Source: Mobula hypostoma (lineage: Eukaryota). Taken from it: 64,000 bases of DNA. The stretch lies in assembly GCF_963921235.1 (NCBI RefSeq), contig NC_086097.1, forward strand, positions 247,010,001 through 247,074,000, written 5' to 3'. The notes beneath the pieces are model-generated. The model was given only the letters and a program-made list of their open reading frames with translations, had not been told where the DNA came from and did no database searches. Positions 38,301 to 52,534 of the stretch are shown here, piece after piece (positions within the stretch are counted from its first letter, which is position 1; the number at the start of each line of letters is the position of its first letter). The position numbers and the translations under genes were made by a program.

Positions 38301-41300
38301 CAAGCAGTTAGAATGATCAATACCTCCAGCCACCTACCCCAAACCACCACTACTTCATCACTTCCTGTTAGTTACCTTATGTACAGACACTCATGCCTGG
38401 TGTTACTTTATGGACATTCAATCAATCTAAGTAAATAAGCTATGTTATTTATATTTATCATCAGATCCAGAGTAACAATTATTTTGTTCAATTTACACTC
38501 TTTACTGAAAATGACATTAAACAATCTAGCAGTCTTGAACATCCCAATGCCTGTACTCAATACTTTGATTTATGAAGGCCAATCAATCAATCAATCCCTC
38601 TCATCATCTTATACACCTCTATCAGGTCACCTCTCATCCTCCGTCGCTCCAAGGAGAAAAGGCCAAGTTCACTCAACCTATTCCCATAAGGCATGCTCCC
38701 CAATCCAGGCAATATCCTTGTAAATCTCCTCTGCACTGTCTCTATAGTATCCACATCCTTCCTTAGTGAGGTGACTAGAACTGAGCGCAGTGTTCCAAGT
38801 GGGGTCTGACCAAGGTCTTATATAACTGTAACATTACCTCACGGCTCTTGAACACAACCCCACAGTTGATGAACGCCATATGCATGCAATCCTCCAAACC
38901 CTCCAACAAGGTTGTGGTTGTCTTAGAGGAAGCCCCTTGAATAAGGGGCAATAAAGGCTGGCTCTCCCAGTGATGCTCAATAAACTAGAGCTATTATAGA
39001 TATCACAGTGCACGTGATCATGAAAATAGTTACTGACGGAGTATTTAAAGAGAGTTATCTTTTTGCACTATAGTGCAGAGTCAAAATTTGCCTGAATGAA
39101 TTAATTAGTGCATGTTTTTTGTCCCTATGTGCTCACAATGAACCAAGTCAATGGAATTAATAATCGAGTAATTTATACAGCTAATTTCTACATGTACACA
39201 CTGAGGTACAACTTGCAGGGAGAGTTGATATAGTGTTGAGTGGCAGTGAGGCCTGAGGGAGACACAGAGAGGGGATGCAGATAGGCTAAGGGAATGGGCA
39301 AGGACAGACCAATGGAAGATAATATGAAAAAGTGCAGGGTTATCGACTGTGACAGAAGGAAAATGGAAAGGCAGTGTTGCTTTGAAGTCTTGACAGATTA
39401 AAAGTTGGTGATATTCAGAGGACCTGACTGTCCTTGTATATGCAAATTCAAAGTAAATTTTATTAGCAAAGTATATATACATCACCGTATACAATCCTGA
39501 GATTAATTTTCTTCTGGGTATGCTCAATAAATCTATGGAATAGTAACCATCACAAACAAGAGAAAAATTTGCAGATGCTAGAAATCCAAGCAACACACAA
39601 AATGCAGGAGGACCTCAGAAGATCAGGCAGCATCTATGGAAAAGAGTAAACAGTTGATGCCTTGGGCTGAGACCCTTCATCAGAACTGGAGATAAAGTTG
39701 AGAAGTCAGAGTAAGAAGGTAGGGGGAGATCGAGGGGTAGAAACTGTTCCTGAACCTGGTGGTGCGAGTCCTGAGGCTCCTGTACCTTCTTCCTGATGGC
39801 AGCAGTGAGAAGAGAGCATGACTTATGTGGTGGAGGTCCCTGATGATGGATGCTGCTTTCCTGCAACAATGTTTGTAGATGTGCTCAATGGTTGGAAGGG
39901 CTTGACAGATCGAGCTGTACCCATTACTTTTTATAGGATTTTCCATTCAAGGCCATTGATGTTTCCATACCAGGCTGTGATACAACCAGTCAACATACCC
40001 ATCTATAGAAGTCCTGAAGAAGGGTCTCGGCCTGAAAAGTCAACAGTTTATCTTTTCTATAGATGCTGCCTGATCTGCTGAGTTCCTCCAGCTTTTTGTG
40101 TGTATTACTAAAAACTTTTGTCAAATTTTAGATGTTGTGCTAAAATCTTCATAAACTCCTAAGAAAGTAGAGACGCTGGTATGCTATCTTTGTAATTGCA
40201 CTTACCTGCTGTGACCAGGATCTGAGTAACACCGAGGAATTTAAAATTGCTGACCCTCTCCACCTCTGATCTTCAGCTGAGGACTGACTCATGGATCTCT
40301 GGCTTCCTTCTTCTGAAGTCAATAATCAGCTTCTTGGTCTTGTTGATATTGAGTAAGAGGTTGTTGTGGCAACACTTAGCCAGATTTTCAATCTCTCTTC
40401 TATATGTTAATTTGTCACCACCCTTGATTTGGCCCACGACAGTGGTCATAACTTGAACATAGCATTGGAGCCGTGCTTAGCCACACAGCTGATTGTAAAG
40501 TGAGCAGAGCCAGGGATTAAGCGCACAGCCAGGTGGTGCACCTGTGCTGACGGAGATCGTGGAGGAGATGTTCTTGCAAACTGATTGGGGTCTGCAAGTG
40601 AGGAAATTGAGGATCTAATTGCACAAGGAGTTATTGAAGCCAAGGTTTTGGAACTTATTGATTAGTTTTGAGGGGATGATGGTGTTGAATGCACGACTAC
40701 CAAAGGGTCTCAGCCTGAAACGTCAGCAGTGCTCTTTTCCAAAAATGTTGCCTGATCTACTGAGTTCCTCCAGTATTCTGTGTGTGTTGCTTGGATTACC
40801 AGCACCTGCAGATTTTCTCTTGTTTGTTTCTGAAATATGCACCTTGCTATCCAGATATTCCAGAGTTGAGTGAAGAGCCAATGAAATACTTGTTGCTCTG
40901 GTACAGAAATTGAAGTAGATCTAAGTCACTTCTGAGGCAGAAGCTGACATGTTTCATCACCGACCTCTCAGAACACTTCGTCACTGTGGATGTAAGTGTT
41001 ACTGGGCAATAGCCATCGAGGCAGGTCACCACGCTCTTCTTGGGCACCGGTATAATTGAAGTTTGAAGCAGGTGGGTACCACACACTGACGAAGCCAGCA
41101 GTTAAAGATATACTTCCCCTAATGCTTGCCTTTATAAGTTACTCAGTTTAAAAGTCAAGAAGTTATGTTGCAGCTTCAGTTCGACTGCATCTGGAGTTCT
41201 GGTCACCCCACTAAAAGGAAAGATGTTGAGGATTTGGAGATTTGGAGAGGGGGCATAAAAGGTTTACCTGGATACTGCCTGGATTAGAGGGCGTGTGCTA

Positions 41301-42384
41301 CAATGAGAGGTTGGACAAACTTGGGTTGTTTTCTCCGGAGCACAAGAGGCTGAGGGGTTCTGATAGATTAGGAGACATTGATGGACTGGACAGACATGAT
41401 CTTTTTTGCAAGGTTGCAATGTGTAATACCAGAGGGAATGCATTTAACTTCAGAGGAAGCAGTTTCAAAGGAGATAGGAGGGGCAAGTTATTCTTTATAC
41501 AGAGAGTGGTGGGTGTTGGGAATGCACTGCCAGGGACGTGGGGAGAGGCAGATATATTTGGGACCTTTAAAAGACCTTTAGGATATGCACATGAAGGAGA
41601 AGAAAATGGAAAGATATGGGCATTGTGCAGGCAGAAGGTCTTAGTTTAGTTGGTCACTTGATGACTAATTTAATTGGTTCAGCAAAACACTGTGGGGTGA
41701 GGGCCTGTTCCTGTGCTGTGTGTATTCTCTAAGAACAGATTTTATTCAGTCATTCAAAGACTGTAAATATTTGAAAATTTGTGATAGTACCATTCTAAAC
41801 ACAAGGCAAATGTAATGTTTGCGTTCATTTCAAGAGGACGAGAATATAAAAGCAAGGATGTAATGTTGAGACTTTATAAATCACTGGTGAGGCCTCACTT
41901 GGAGTATTGTGAGCAGTTTGGGGCCCCTCATCTTAGAAAGGCCTTGATAAAGTGGATGTGGAGAGGAGGCTTCCTATGATGAAGGTGTTTATAGGACCAG
42001 AGGACACGGTCTCAGAATAGAGGGGCATTCTTTTAGAATGGAGATGAGGGCGAATTTCTGGAATTTGTTGTGACAAGGGAGGCCAAGTCTTTATGTGTAT
42101 TTAAGGGAGAGGTTGATAGAGTCCGGATTAGTCAGGGAATGAAGGGATATGGGGAGAAGGGAGGAGATTGGGGCTGAGTGGGAAATTGGATCAGCCATGA
42201 TGAAATGGCAGAGCAGACTCGATAGGCCAAATGGCCTAATTCTGCTGCTATGTCTTATGGTCTTACAGAACGCAAGTAATAAAGCTGACGTGTTTGTTTT
42301 TGTTGGGAGGAATTGAATGTAAACTTTGGAGGTTTACTTCAATTAAATGGTGACAATACATCTGGGATATTCTAAGACCATAAT

Positions 42385-45300
42385 ACCATAAGACAGAAGA
42401 GCAAAATGAGGCCATTTGGCCCATCAAGGCTGCTTTGCCATTCAATCATGGCTGATCCTTTTATCTTCTTCTCAGCCCCACTACCCAGCCTTCCCCCCGT
42501 AACCTTTGATGCCGTGTCCAATCAAGAACCTATTAATCTCTGCTTTAAATACACCGTATGACCTGGCCTCCACAGCTGCCTGTGGTAACAAATTCCACAA
42601 ATTCACCATCCTCTGGCTAAAGAAATTTCTCCGCACCTGTTTTAAGTGGACACCCCTCTAACCTGAGGCTGTGCCCTCTTGTCCTAGACTCTCCCACCAT
42701 GGGAAACATTCTTTCCACATCTACTCTGTCAAGGCCTTTCAACATTCAAAAAGTCTCAATGAGATTCCCTCCTTATCCTTCAGAATTTCAGGGAGTACAG
42801 ACCCAGAGCCATCATTCCTTGTATGATAAATATTTCATTCCTGGAATCAGCCTTGTGAAACTCCACTGAATGCTCTTCAATGTCAGCACATCTGTTCTTA
42901 GATGGGGTGCTCAAACTGTTCACAATTACTCAAGATGAGACCTCACCAGTGCCTTATAGAGCCTCTGCATCACATCCCTGCTCTTATATTCTGGACGCCT
43001 TGAAATGAATGCTAACATTGTATTTGCCTTCCTCACCACAGAGTCAACCTGCAAGTTAACATTTAGGGTTTCTGCACAAGGGCTCACAAGTCCCTTTGCA
43101 TCTCAGATTTCTGGATTTTCTCCCCATTTAGAAAATAGTCTGCACATTTATTTCTACTACCAAAGTACATGATCATGCATTTTCCAACATTGTATTTCAT
43201 TTGCCACTTTCTTGCACGTTCTCCTACTCTAAGTCTTTCTGAAGCCTATTATTAACACTGCTGAACATTGCCTGCCCCTCCGCCAATCTTCGTCGCATCT
43301 GCAAAGTCAGTTAGCCTAACATCAGTGGTTGGGAAAGTGGTAGAGTCTATTATTAAGAATGAAATTTTAGGGTACTTGGAGACTAATAAGATAAGTCAAA
43401 GTCAGCATGGTTTCTGTAAAGGAAAATCTTGCCTGACAAATTTGTTGGGAGTTCTTCGAGGAAGTAACAAGCATGGTGGACAAAGGAGAGGCAGTTGATG
43501 TCATTTACTTGGATTTTCAGAAGGCATTTGATAAGGTGCCAGACATGAGGCTGCTTAACAAGATAAAATCCTATGGTGTTACAGGAAAGATACTGGCATG
43601 GCTGGCAGGCAGGAGGCAGCGAGTGGGAATACAGTGGGCCTTTTCTGGTTGGCTGTCAGTGACTAGTGGTGTTCCTCAGGGGTCAGTATTGGGACCATTA
43701 CTTTTCACATTGTTTATTTGTCAATGATTTGGATAATGGAATTAATGGCTTTGTGGCAAAGTTTGTGGACGATACAGAGACAGGTGGAGGGGTAGGTAGT
43801 GCTGAGGAAGCAATGCGATTGCAGCAGGAGTTAGACAGATTGGAAGAATGGGCAAAAAAGTGGCAGATGGAATACATTGTTGGGAAATACATGATAGTAT
43901 ATTTTGGTAAAAGGAGCAATAGTGCGGACTATTATCTAAGTGCGGTGAAGGTTCAAACATCAGAGCTGCAGAGGGACTTGGGAGCTCTCATACAGGACTC
44001 CCAGAGGGTTAATTCACAGGTTGAGTCTGTGGTGAAGATGACAAATGCAATGTTGGTATTTATTTCAAATGGAATAGAATATAAAAGCAAGGAGATAACG
44101 CTGAGCCTTTATACGTCACTAGTCAGGCCACACTTGGAGTATTGACAACAGTTTTGAGCCCCATATCTCAGAAAGGATGTGTTGTCATCGGAGAGAGTCC
44201 AGAGGTGGTTCACAAGGATGATTCCGGGAATGAAGGGGTTAACATATAAGGAGCGTTTGGCAGCTTTGGGCTTGTACTCACTGGAATTGAGAAGAATTCA
44301 GGAGGATCTCATTGAAACTTACCAAATGTTGAAAGATCTAGATAGGGTGGGTGTGGAGAGGATGTTTCCTGTAGTGGAGGTATCCATAACTAGAGGCCAC
44401 AGCCTCAAAATTGAGGGGTGACCCTTTAGAACAGAGATAAGCAGGATTTTATTTAGCCAGAGAGTAGTGAATCTGTGCAATGCTCTGCCACAGACTGCAG
44501 GAGGCCACATCTGTGTGTATATTTAAAATGGAAGTTGATAGTTTTCTGATCAGTCAGGGCATCAAAGGATATGATGAGAAGGCAGGTGTATGGGGTTGAG
44601 TGGGATCCGGGATCAGCCATGATGGAATAGCAGAGGAGACTTGATGGACTGAAGGGCCCAATTCTGTTCCCATATCTTATGGTTTAACTTGCCAACAAAG
44701 CCATCTATTCCATTATTTAAGTCATTGATATATAGCATAAAAAGAAGTGGTCCCAGTTCCCACCCCTGCGGAACAATGCTAGTCACTGGCAGCCACTCAC
44801 TGCCTCCTACCAATCAGTCAATGCTCTAACCATGCCAGTAACTTTCCTGCAATACCATTGGCTCTTAACTTGGTAAGCAGTGTCATGTGTGGCGCCTTCT
44901 GAAAGTCCAAATTTACAACATCCACTGCATCCCCTTTATCTATCCTACGTGTCATCTCCTCAGAGAATTCCAACAGGTTTGTCAGGCAAGATTTTTCCCC
45001 TTAAGGAAACCATATTGACTTTATTCCATCTTGTCCTGTGTCACCAAGTACCCCCCATCACCTCATTCTTAACAATTGACTTCAACATCTTCCCAACCAC
45101 TGAGGTCAGGATAACTGGTCTTTAATTTCCTTTTGGCACCATGCCAGAATCCAGTGATTTTTGGAAGATCATTACTAATGCCTCCACAATCTCTATCGCT
45201 TCCTCTTTCAGAACCCTAGAGTTCAATTCATCTGGTCCGGGTGACTCATGTACCTTTAGGTCTTTCAGCTTTTTGAGCACCTCCTCCCTTGTAATAGTAA

Positions 45301-46130
45301 CTGCACTCACTTCTCTTCCCTCACACCTGTCAATATCTGGCACACTGCTTGTGTCTTCCACAGTGAAGACTGATGCAAAATACTTATTAATCTAGCTGCC
45401 ATCTCCTTGTCCCCCTGTTATTATTTCTCTGGCCTCATCTTCTAATGGTTCTAGACCCACTCTCATTTCCCTTTTTTTCTGTACTTGCAAAAGCATTTAC
45501 TATCCACTTTGAAATTGTTTGTGAGCTTGCTTTCATATTTCATCTTTCCCCTCCTGATGATTCTTTTGGTTGCTCTCTGTAGGTTTTTAAAAGCTTCCCA
45601 ATCCTCCGTCTTCCTACTAACTTTTGCTTTGCTGTATGTCCTCTCTTTTGCTTTTACATTAGCTTTGACTTCCCTTGTCAGCCACAAGTTTACTATTTTG
45701 CCATTTGAGTATTTCTTTGTTTTTGGAATACATCTATTCTTCACCTTCCTCATTTTTCCCAGAAACTCACACCGTTGCTGCTCTGCTGTCATCCCTGTCA
45801 GCACCTCTTTCCAATTTACTTTGGCCAACTCCTTTCTCATACCTCTGTAATTTCCTTTACTCCACTGAAATACTGCTACATCAGACTTTACTTTCTCTCT
45901 ATCAAATTTCAAGTTGAACTCAATCATATTGTGATCACTGCCTCCTCAGGGTTCTTTTACCTTAAGCTCCCTCTCTTCCGGCCCAAGCCAGTATAGCTGA
46001 TCCCCGAGTCGGCTCAATGACAAACTGCTCTAAAAAGCCATTTCATAGCCATCTAACAAACTCACTCTCAAAATTGATTACCAACCTGATTTTCCCAATC
46101 GACCTGCATGTTAAAATCTCCCATGACTAC
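42385..46130 (-). mobile_element. Decayed CR1 ORF2 with nested antisense CR1
   Basis: ORFs 44613..44813, 45122..45361 and 45463..45927; the host rejoins as atctgcaa|acttgccaacaaag. Confidence 0.88.
43306..44683 (+). mobile_element. CR1 RT and 3' fragment nested in CR1
   Basis: ORFs 43473..43727 ([17 protein letters not shown]), 43666..44145 and 44179..44421. Confidence 0.9.
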
Positions 46131-46999
46131 AGTATTGGTCTTATTAAGAAAATATGCTAATGATGCCAATATAAGGTACGGGCTGGCTTTTTTAAAATAA
46201 TGTTGAACAAGCTAGCTTTGTATTTGTTGAAGTTTGTATGGGTGGGGATATGATTGAAACACACAAGATTTCCAAAAGGTCTCGACACAAATGGCATTAC
46301 CTGTTATGGAAGAATCTAGAACTCGGGGTCACTTCTTCCTGTAGAATTAAGGACTTACCATTTAAGATGAGGTGAATTTTTTTTTTTCCCTCTGAGAGTT
46401 GCAAGTTTTTGAACCTTTACCTCAAAACGCAGTTGTTGGGGCAACTCGAACAAACCAACACCACTGTTAGGGACCAAGCACAGCGAGTTATCCTCTATGA
46501 CGCGCCTTCTGATCCAATCCCAAATAATGTTCAAAAAGTCGAAGAAATGTATTTGATTCTTTATTATTAACCTGCAAAGCAATGTTAAAATGATAAAACT
46601 AATGAAACTAAAACTGGCGATATTAAACGTAAATAAGAGAAAATCTGCAGATGCTGGAAATCCGAGTAACACACAAAATGCTGGAGGAACTCAGCATTTA
46701 ACGAAAATTAAAGATATTAAATGTATTTAAGTGGACTTAAGTAAAGTAGAATTAAGCAATTTCAAACATAATTAATTGGTCACAAAAGATATCACCCCCG
46801 GCACTCCCCAGCTCTAAAACTAAAGAGAAGCATGAAAACGCAACTTATTCCCTTCGCTTTTAGCACGCTCCCACCCATGTGACAAACTACCATAACAATA
46901 CAATGCAGATAGAAAACATGGCTCCCACAGTGAACTGTGAACATCTTTAAGGCAGGAAAGATGGTACATGAGTTCTTCTTAAGCAAGAGGCTGAAAGGT

Positions 47000-48800
47000 T
47001 CAAAGTTCAAAGTAAAATTTGTTATCAGAGTACGCACATTTCACCATGAGATTCTTTTTCCTGTGGGCATACTCAACAAATCTATAGAACAGTAACTGTA
47101 AACAGAATCAGTGAAAGAGCATAGAAGACAGCAAACTTCAAATGCAATTATAATAAAAAAAAAGAGAGCATGAAATAACAAGATAAAGAGTCCTTAACAT
47201 GAGATCATTGGTTGTGGGAACACAAGAAATTGAATGTGTAGTTATCCCCTTCTACCTAGAAATCTAGAGAACAGTAACTGTAAACAAACTACGCAAATGC
47301 AGATATAAATAAATAGTAATAAATAATGAACATGAAATAACAATGCAACTGAGTCCTTTAATTATCCCCTTTTGTTCAAGAGCTTGATGATTGAGGGGCA
47401 GTAACTGTTCTTGAACCTGGTGGCGAGTCCTGAGGGTCTTGTACCTGACAGTAGCAGAGAGAAAAGAGCATGGCCTGAGTGGTGAAAATCTTTGATGATG
47501 GATGCTGCTTTTCTACGCCAACACTTCATGTAGATGTGCTTAATGGTTGGGAGGGTTTTACCTGTGATGGACTGGGCCGAGCCCACTACCTTTTGTAGGA
47601 TTTTCCACTCAAAAGCATTGGTGGCTCCGTACCAGGCCACAATGCAGCCAGCCAGCACACTTTCTACCACACATCTATAGGTTGTCAATGTTCTTGTTGA
47701 CATGCCGAACCTCCGCAGACTCCTGAGGAAGTAGAGGAGCTGTTGTGCTTTCTTTGCAATAGTATATGACGCATCCTCTGAGATAATGACATCCAGGAAT
47801 TTAAAGTTACTGACCCTCTCCATCTCTGATCCTCTGATGATTACTGGCTCGTGGACCTCTGGCTTCCCTCTTCTGAAGTCTACAATCAATTCCTTGGTCT
47901 TGCTGACATCGGGTGAAAGGTTGTTGTTTATCACACTACACAGCCAAATTTACAATCTCCCTCCAAGTATGCTGATCATCATCATCACCTTTGATACGGC
48001 CCACAGCAGTAATGTCATCAGCAAACTTGTATATGGTGTTGGAGCTGTACTGAGCCACACAATCATAAATGTAAAGCGAGTCGAGCAGGGGGCTAAGCAC
48101 ACAGCCTCGTGGTGCTCCCGTGCTGATGAAGATTTTGGAGATGATGTTGTCAATCCGAACTGACTGGGGTCTGCAATGAGGAAATCCAGGATCCAATTGT
48201 ACAGGGGGTGTTGAGGCCCAGGTCCTGATGTTCACTGATTAGTTTTGAGGGGATGATGGTGTGAAATGCTGAGCTGTAATCGATAAAGAGCATTCTGATG
48301 TATTTGCTGTCCAGATGTTCCAGGGTTGAGTGAAGAGCCGGTGAGATGGCATCTGCTGTAGACCCGTTGCTTTGGTAGGCAAATTGGAGCAGGTCCAAGT
48401 CGCCACTGAGACAGGAGCTGACGTGCTTCAACACCAGCCTCTCAAACACTTCATCACCGTGGTTGTGAGTGCCACTGGGCAAGTCATTTTGACAGGTTCC
48501 CACGCTCTTTTTGGGCACCAGTACCACTGAAGCCTGCTTGAAGCAGGTGAGTACCACGTACTGCCAGAGTGAGAGGTTGAAGATAATCCGTGAACACAAC
48601 AGCCAGTTGTCGGCACAGGTCTTCAGTTCTAGGCCAGGTATTCCGTCCGGATCGGATGCTCTCCTTGGATTCGTTCTGCTGAAGGCAGCCCGCACGACAT
48701 CTTCAAATACTGAGACCAAAGGATCATTGGGAGACGTGGGGGAGTGCAATGGTTCCTCCCTGTCCTGACGATCAAAGTGAGCATAGAAGGCATTGAGGTT
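47000..48800 (-). mobile_element. Rex1/Babar-clade LINE RT and 3' end, frameshifted
   Basis: LQFAY, RMLFIDYSSAF, GAPRGCVLSPLL, KFADD and KTKELIVDFRR motifs in ORFs 47362..48749; (tttgaac)n tail. Confidence 0.88.
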
Positions 48801-49460
48801 ACGTAGATCATAACAGCACTGTACAGGCTCTTTGGCCCACGATGTCCTGCTGACCTTGTTCTTAAAAAATCGATCTTACCGTTCACTCCTACATAGTCCT
48901 CTATTTTCCTATCATCTGTGTGCCTAAGGATTTCTTTAACTCCCTAACGTAGCTGTCCCTACCACTAGATCTGGCAAGGTGTTCTATGCACCCACAACCC
49001 TCTAAAAAGCAAACCTCCTGATATCCCTCCCAATACTTTCCTCCAATCGCCTTAAAATTATGCCCCCTTGCATTAGCAATTTCTGCCCTGGGGAAAAAAA
49101 AGTCTCTGGCTGTCCACTTGATCTAGTGGATATAGACAGATGGAGGAGTTGAAATTACAGACAGATCAGCTGTGATTTTAATTGAATAACAGCAGACGAC
49201 TGTGGGCCTATTTATTGTGAATGATACAAACTTTAAATTGGGAAGCAAAGCAATTTGATACAGTTGAGGTAATATTCTTAAAGAAAATCAATTATAATTC
49301 ACTGTAAGAGAGCTCATTGGCTAAACAGCTGTGGCATTGGGTCAGGTGATGTCACAGAGCACCACACACAAAATACTGGAGGGGAATAAACAGTCAATGT
49401 TTCGAGGTGAGACCCTTCTTCGGGACATGTGAGGAACTTGGCTATGTCTCCAAGCTACAC

Positions 49461-50340
49461 TCAAGATTCAAAAAACTTTGTCATTCTAACCGTACATCAG
49501 CTCTGCAGGGCAGAATGAGACAGCGTTTCCCAGGAGCAATGCAATCATAACATAACAAACGTGATACTAAATAATAAACATAACAATAAATAGTAAAACA
49601 CAACAGCCACATGTCAGTTAAAATCAAGTTATAAGTGTCTAGTGCAAGTTAAAAGTGTCCAAAGCAGAGTCAGGTAGAGCAGCTATTTAGCAGTCTGACT
49701 GCCTGTGGGAGGAAGCTGTTTAGTCACCTTGTGGTTTTAGTTTTGATGCTCCTGTAACATTTACCTGATGGCAGAAGAACAAACAGTTCATGGAGAGGGT
49801 GTGAGGGGTCTTTAATGATGTACCCTGTCTTCTGGAGGCATTGACTCTGAAAGAGGTCTTGGACAGAAGGTAGGGAGACCCCAATAACCTTCTCTGCTCC
49901 CCTAACCACCCTCTGCAAGGCTTTTTTGTCGACAGCACTGCAGCTGGAGTACCAGGTTGTGATGCAAAAGGTCAGCACACTCTCAACCACGCCTCTGTAG
50001 AATGTAGTTAGGATGTTAGTGGGGAGTGATGTTTGTTTAAGCTTCCTCAGAAAGTGCAATCTCTGCTGGGCCCGTTTCACAATCCCAGTGGTGTTCCTGG
50101 ACCAGGTGAGATTGTCCCGAGATCTGCACCTCAAGGAACTTCACGTTTTCCACTCTCTCCACTGTGGAGCCGCTGATGCTGAGTGGTGGGTGCTCAGGCA
50201 GAGACCGTCTGAAATCGACGATCATCTCCTTGGTTTTGGTGACATTAAGCATCAAGTTGTTATCACTGCACCAGCTCTCTAGGTGATTGACCTCCTCCCT
50301 GTACATTGTTTCATCATTTTTGCTGATGAGCCCCACCATA
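49461..50340 (-). mobile_element. Younger Rex1/Babar-type LINE 3' fragment
   Basis: VGLISKNDETMYREEV...KTKEMIVDFRR and AQQRLHFLRKL...DPSHPLHELFVLLPSG in two overlapping ORFs. Confidence 0.88.
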
Positions 50341-51344
50341 CATCACTTAAGGATGGATTTTCTCACTGGAAGCACTGATTGTTTTAAATAAACTTAAAAT
50401 GCGAGGGACAACTTTTTTTTATTATCGTACACGGAGTGGTGGATGTCTGGAATGCACTGTTTATGGCAGAGACATTAGGCGTATGAATGTGAGGAAAAAA
50501 ATTGAAGGATATAAACGTTGGGTGGGCAGAAGAGATTAGTTTAGTTGGCCTTTCGATTACCAGTTTAACACTGTGGGCTGAAGGGCCTGTTCCTGTTCTG
50601 TAATCTATATTTGTAGGTCACTGGAGGGAAGTTACAAAGGATAAGTCAAGACAAAGAAATTCAAGACTCAAAATAGTTTAATTTTCAGCACACAGTAGAG
50701 GGAAACAAAATAATTGTTACTCCAGATCTGATGCAGCACCAGGAAAAAAAAGCAATAAGACAAAGAACACAGTAATAAAAACAAACATAAGACAGCTTAT
50801 GTACATAGACTGATTGTACGTCCATAAAGTGACGCTAGGCACAGGAGTGTCTGTACATAAGGTGACTGGCAGGAAATGATAAAATAGTGGTGGTTAGGGG
50901 TGTGGAGGGCTGGGTTAGTGGTTGAAGGTTTTGATCAGCCTTGCTGTTTGGGGAAAGTAACTTTTTGAGTCTGGTGGTCCTAGCGGGGACAAACAGTCCA
51001 TGAGCAGGGTGGGTATCGCTTGCCATTTATACACATTTTTTAAAAATTAAGATCCAGCATGGAATTGGCCATTCCGATCCTTCGAGCCACATCGCCCAGC
51101 AAGCCCCCGATTTAACCCTAGCCTGATCACGGGACCATTTACAGTGGCAATTAACCTACCAACCCTTTGGACTGTGGGAGGAAACTGGAGTACCCATAGG
51201 AAACCCATGTGGTCACGGGGAGACCATACAAACTTCTTACAGGCAGCAGCAGGAACTGAACTCGGGTCATTGGTAAAGTATTGTACTACTGTGTCGCTAT
51301 TTTTCAATGCCTTTCTGTGTGTGTAAGTGTATATGTATGAGTGT

Positions 51345-51347
51345 GTA

Positions 51348-51379
<32 letters not shown>

Positions 51380-51388
51380 ATACATACA
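51345..51388. repeat. (TA)n / (TACA)n microsatellite just 3' of the YAE1 stop codon
   Basis: Directly visible in the sequence. Confidence 0.9.
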
Positions 51389-51571
51389 CTTACATGGCAG
51401 GTAGGCAGGGGCTGGTGATGACTATGCACAAAGACTTTTTTCTTGTATAAAACACAACATAACCAAATATTATTTGAAACTACTGTTCATTAAATTTAAA
51501 TATCTGAGCAGATATTGAATATTCTCAACTATTCCTACTTTACAAAAGTCCCCAGCAGGGAATAGACTCAT

Positions 51572-52013
51572 TTATTGACAGATATGGCTGTCACTGAAAA
51601 TATGCGCTATATCCACTGGTATTTGATAGTCTTTCAGCAAGAGCTCGCAGTCTCGAAAAAGCTGCTGAACCATTTCTGCTTCATTAATTCCTGATGATTT
51701 TCTGCCGCATGTCTGGTGAACTAAACCAGTCCGGTTTGTTCCAGGATCATGTTGTCCCGTTCCACTGGCAGTAGGGCAGCAGTTTTTGCTCACAGCCTCA
51801 TTGGAATGATCCCTATCCGGCTGCTCTGGTCCAGTGTCCAATCCCATGTCCTCAATGCACTCGGTCACATCACTGACATTGGTTTCCCTGGTGGGTAAAC
51901 TCAGGTTTCTAAAAATAACTTCTTCCTGTTGGGTAGCAACATCAAGGAGTTGATTTACTTTGGACAGGAGATTAGGATCATTTTTATTGAGGTGACACCA
52001 TGACAGCAGTGCA
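51572..52013 (-). CDS. YAE1: YAE1 terminal coding exon
   Basis: Acceptor ttttcaatttccgcag|; phase matches exon 2 (AG|T = Ser). Reads ALLSWCHLNKNDPNLLSKVNQLLDVATQQEEVIFRNLSLPTRETNVSDVTECIEDMGL...HIFSDSHICQ*, like human SALLSWCHL...IEDMDL. Includes ORF 51572..51868. Confidence 0.93.
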
Positions 52014-52534
52014 CTGCGGAAATTGAAAACACAGATTTATTCATTAGTATTTCTGATGCAAAACTCATGAACCACAAATGCTAATATAAAGAACTGTAAA
52101 TTAAATTAGTAATCAAATGGCTAACTAGTCTCTTCTGTCTACACAATGCCCAGTCCTTCCATTTTTCTCACATTCATGTGTCAATCCGAAAGGTCTCTTA
52201 CAAGTCTCTCGTGTTTCTGCCTCTACCACCACCCTAGGCAGTGCATTCCAGGCACTCATCCCTCACATATCCTTTGAATTTATCCCCTCTCACCCTAAAT
52301 GCATGCCCTCTGGTTTTAGTCATCTCAACCCTGGGAAACAGATACTGTCTGTCTCCTTTATCTGTGCCTTTCGTAATCTTGTAAACCTTCAGATCTCCCC
52401 TCAGCCTCCACCGCTGCAGAGAAAACAACACAAGTTTATCCAAACTCTCGTAATAATACATGCCCTCTAATCCAGTCAACATCCTGGCAAACTTCTTCTG
52501 CACCCTCTCCAAAGCCACCAAAACTGTATCCTCT

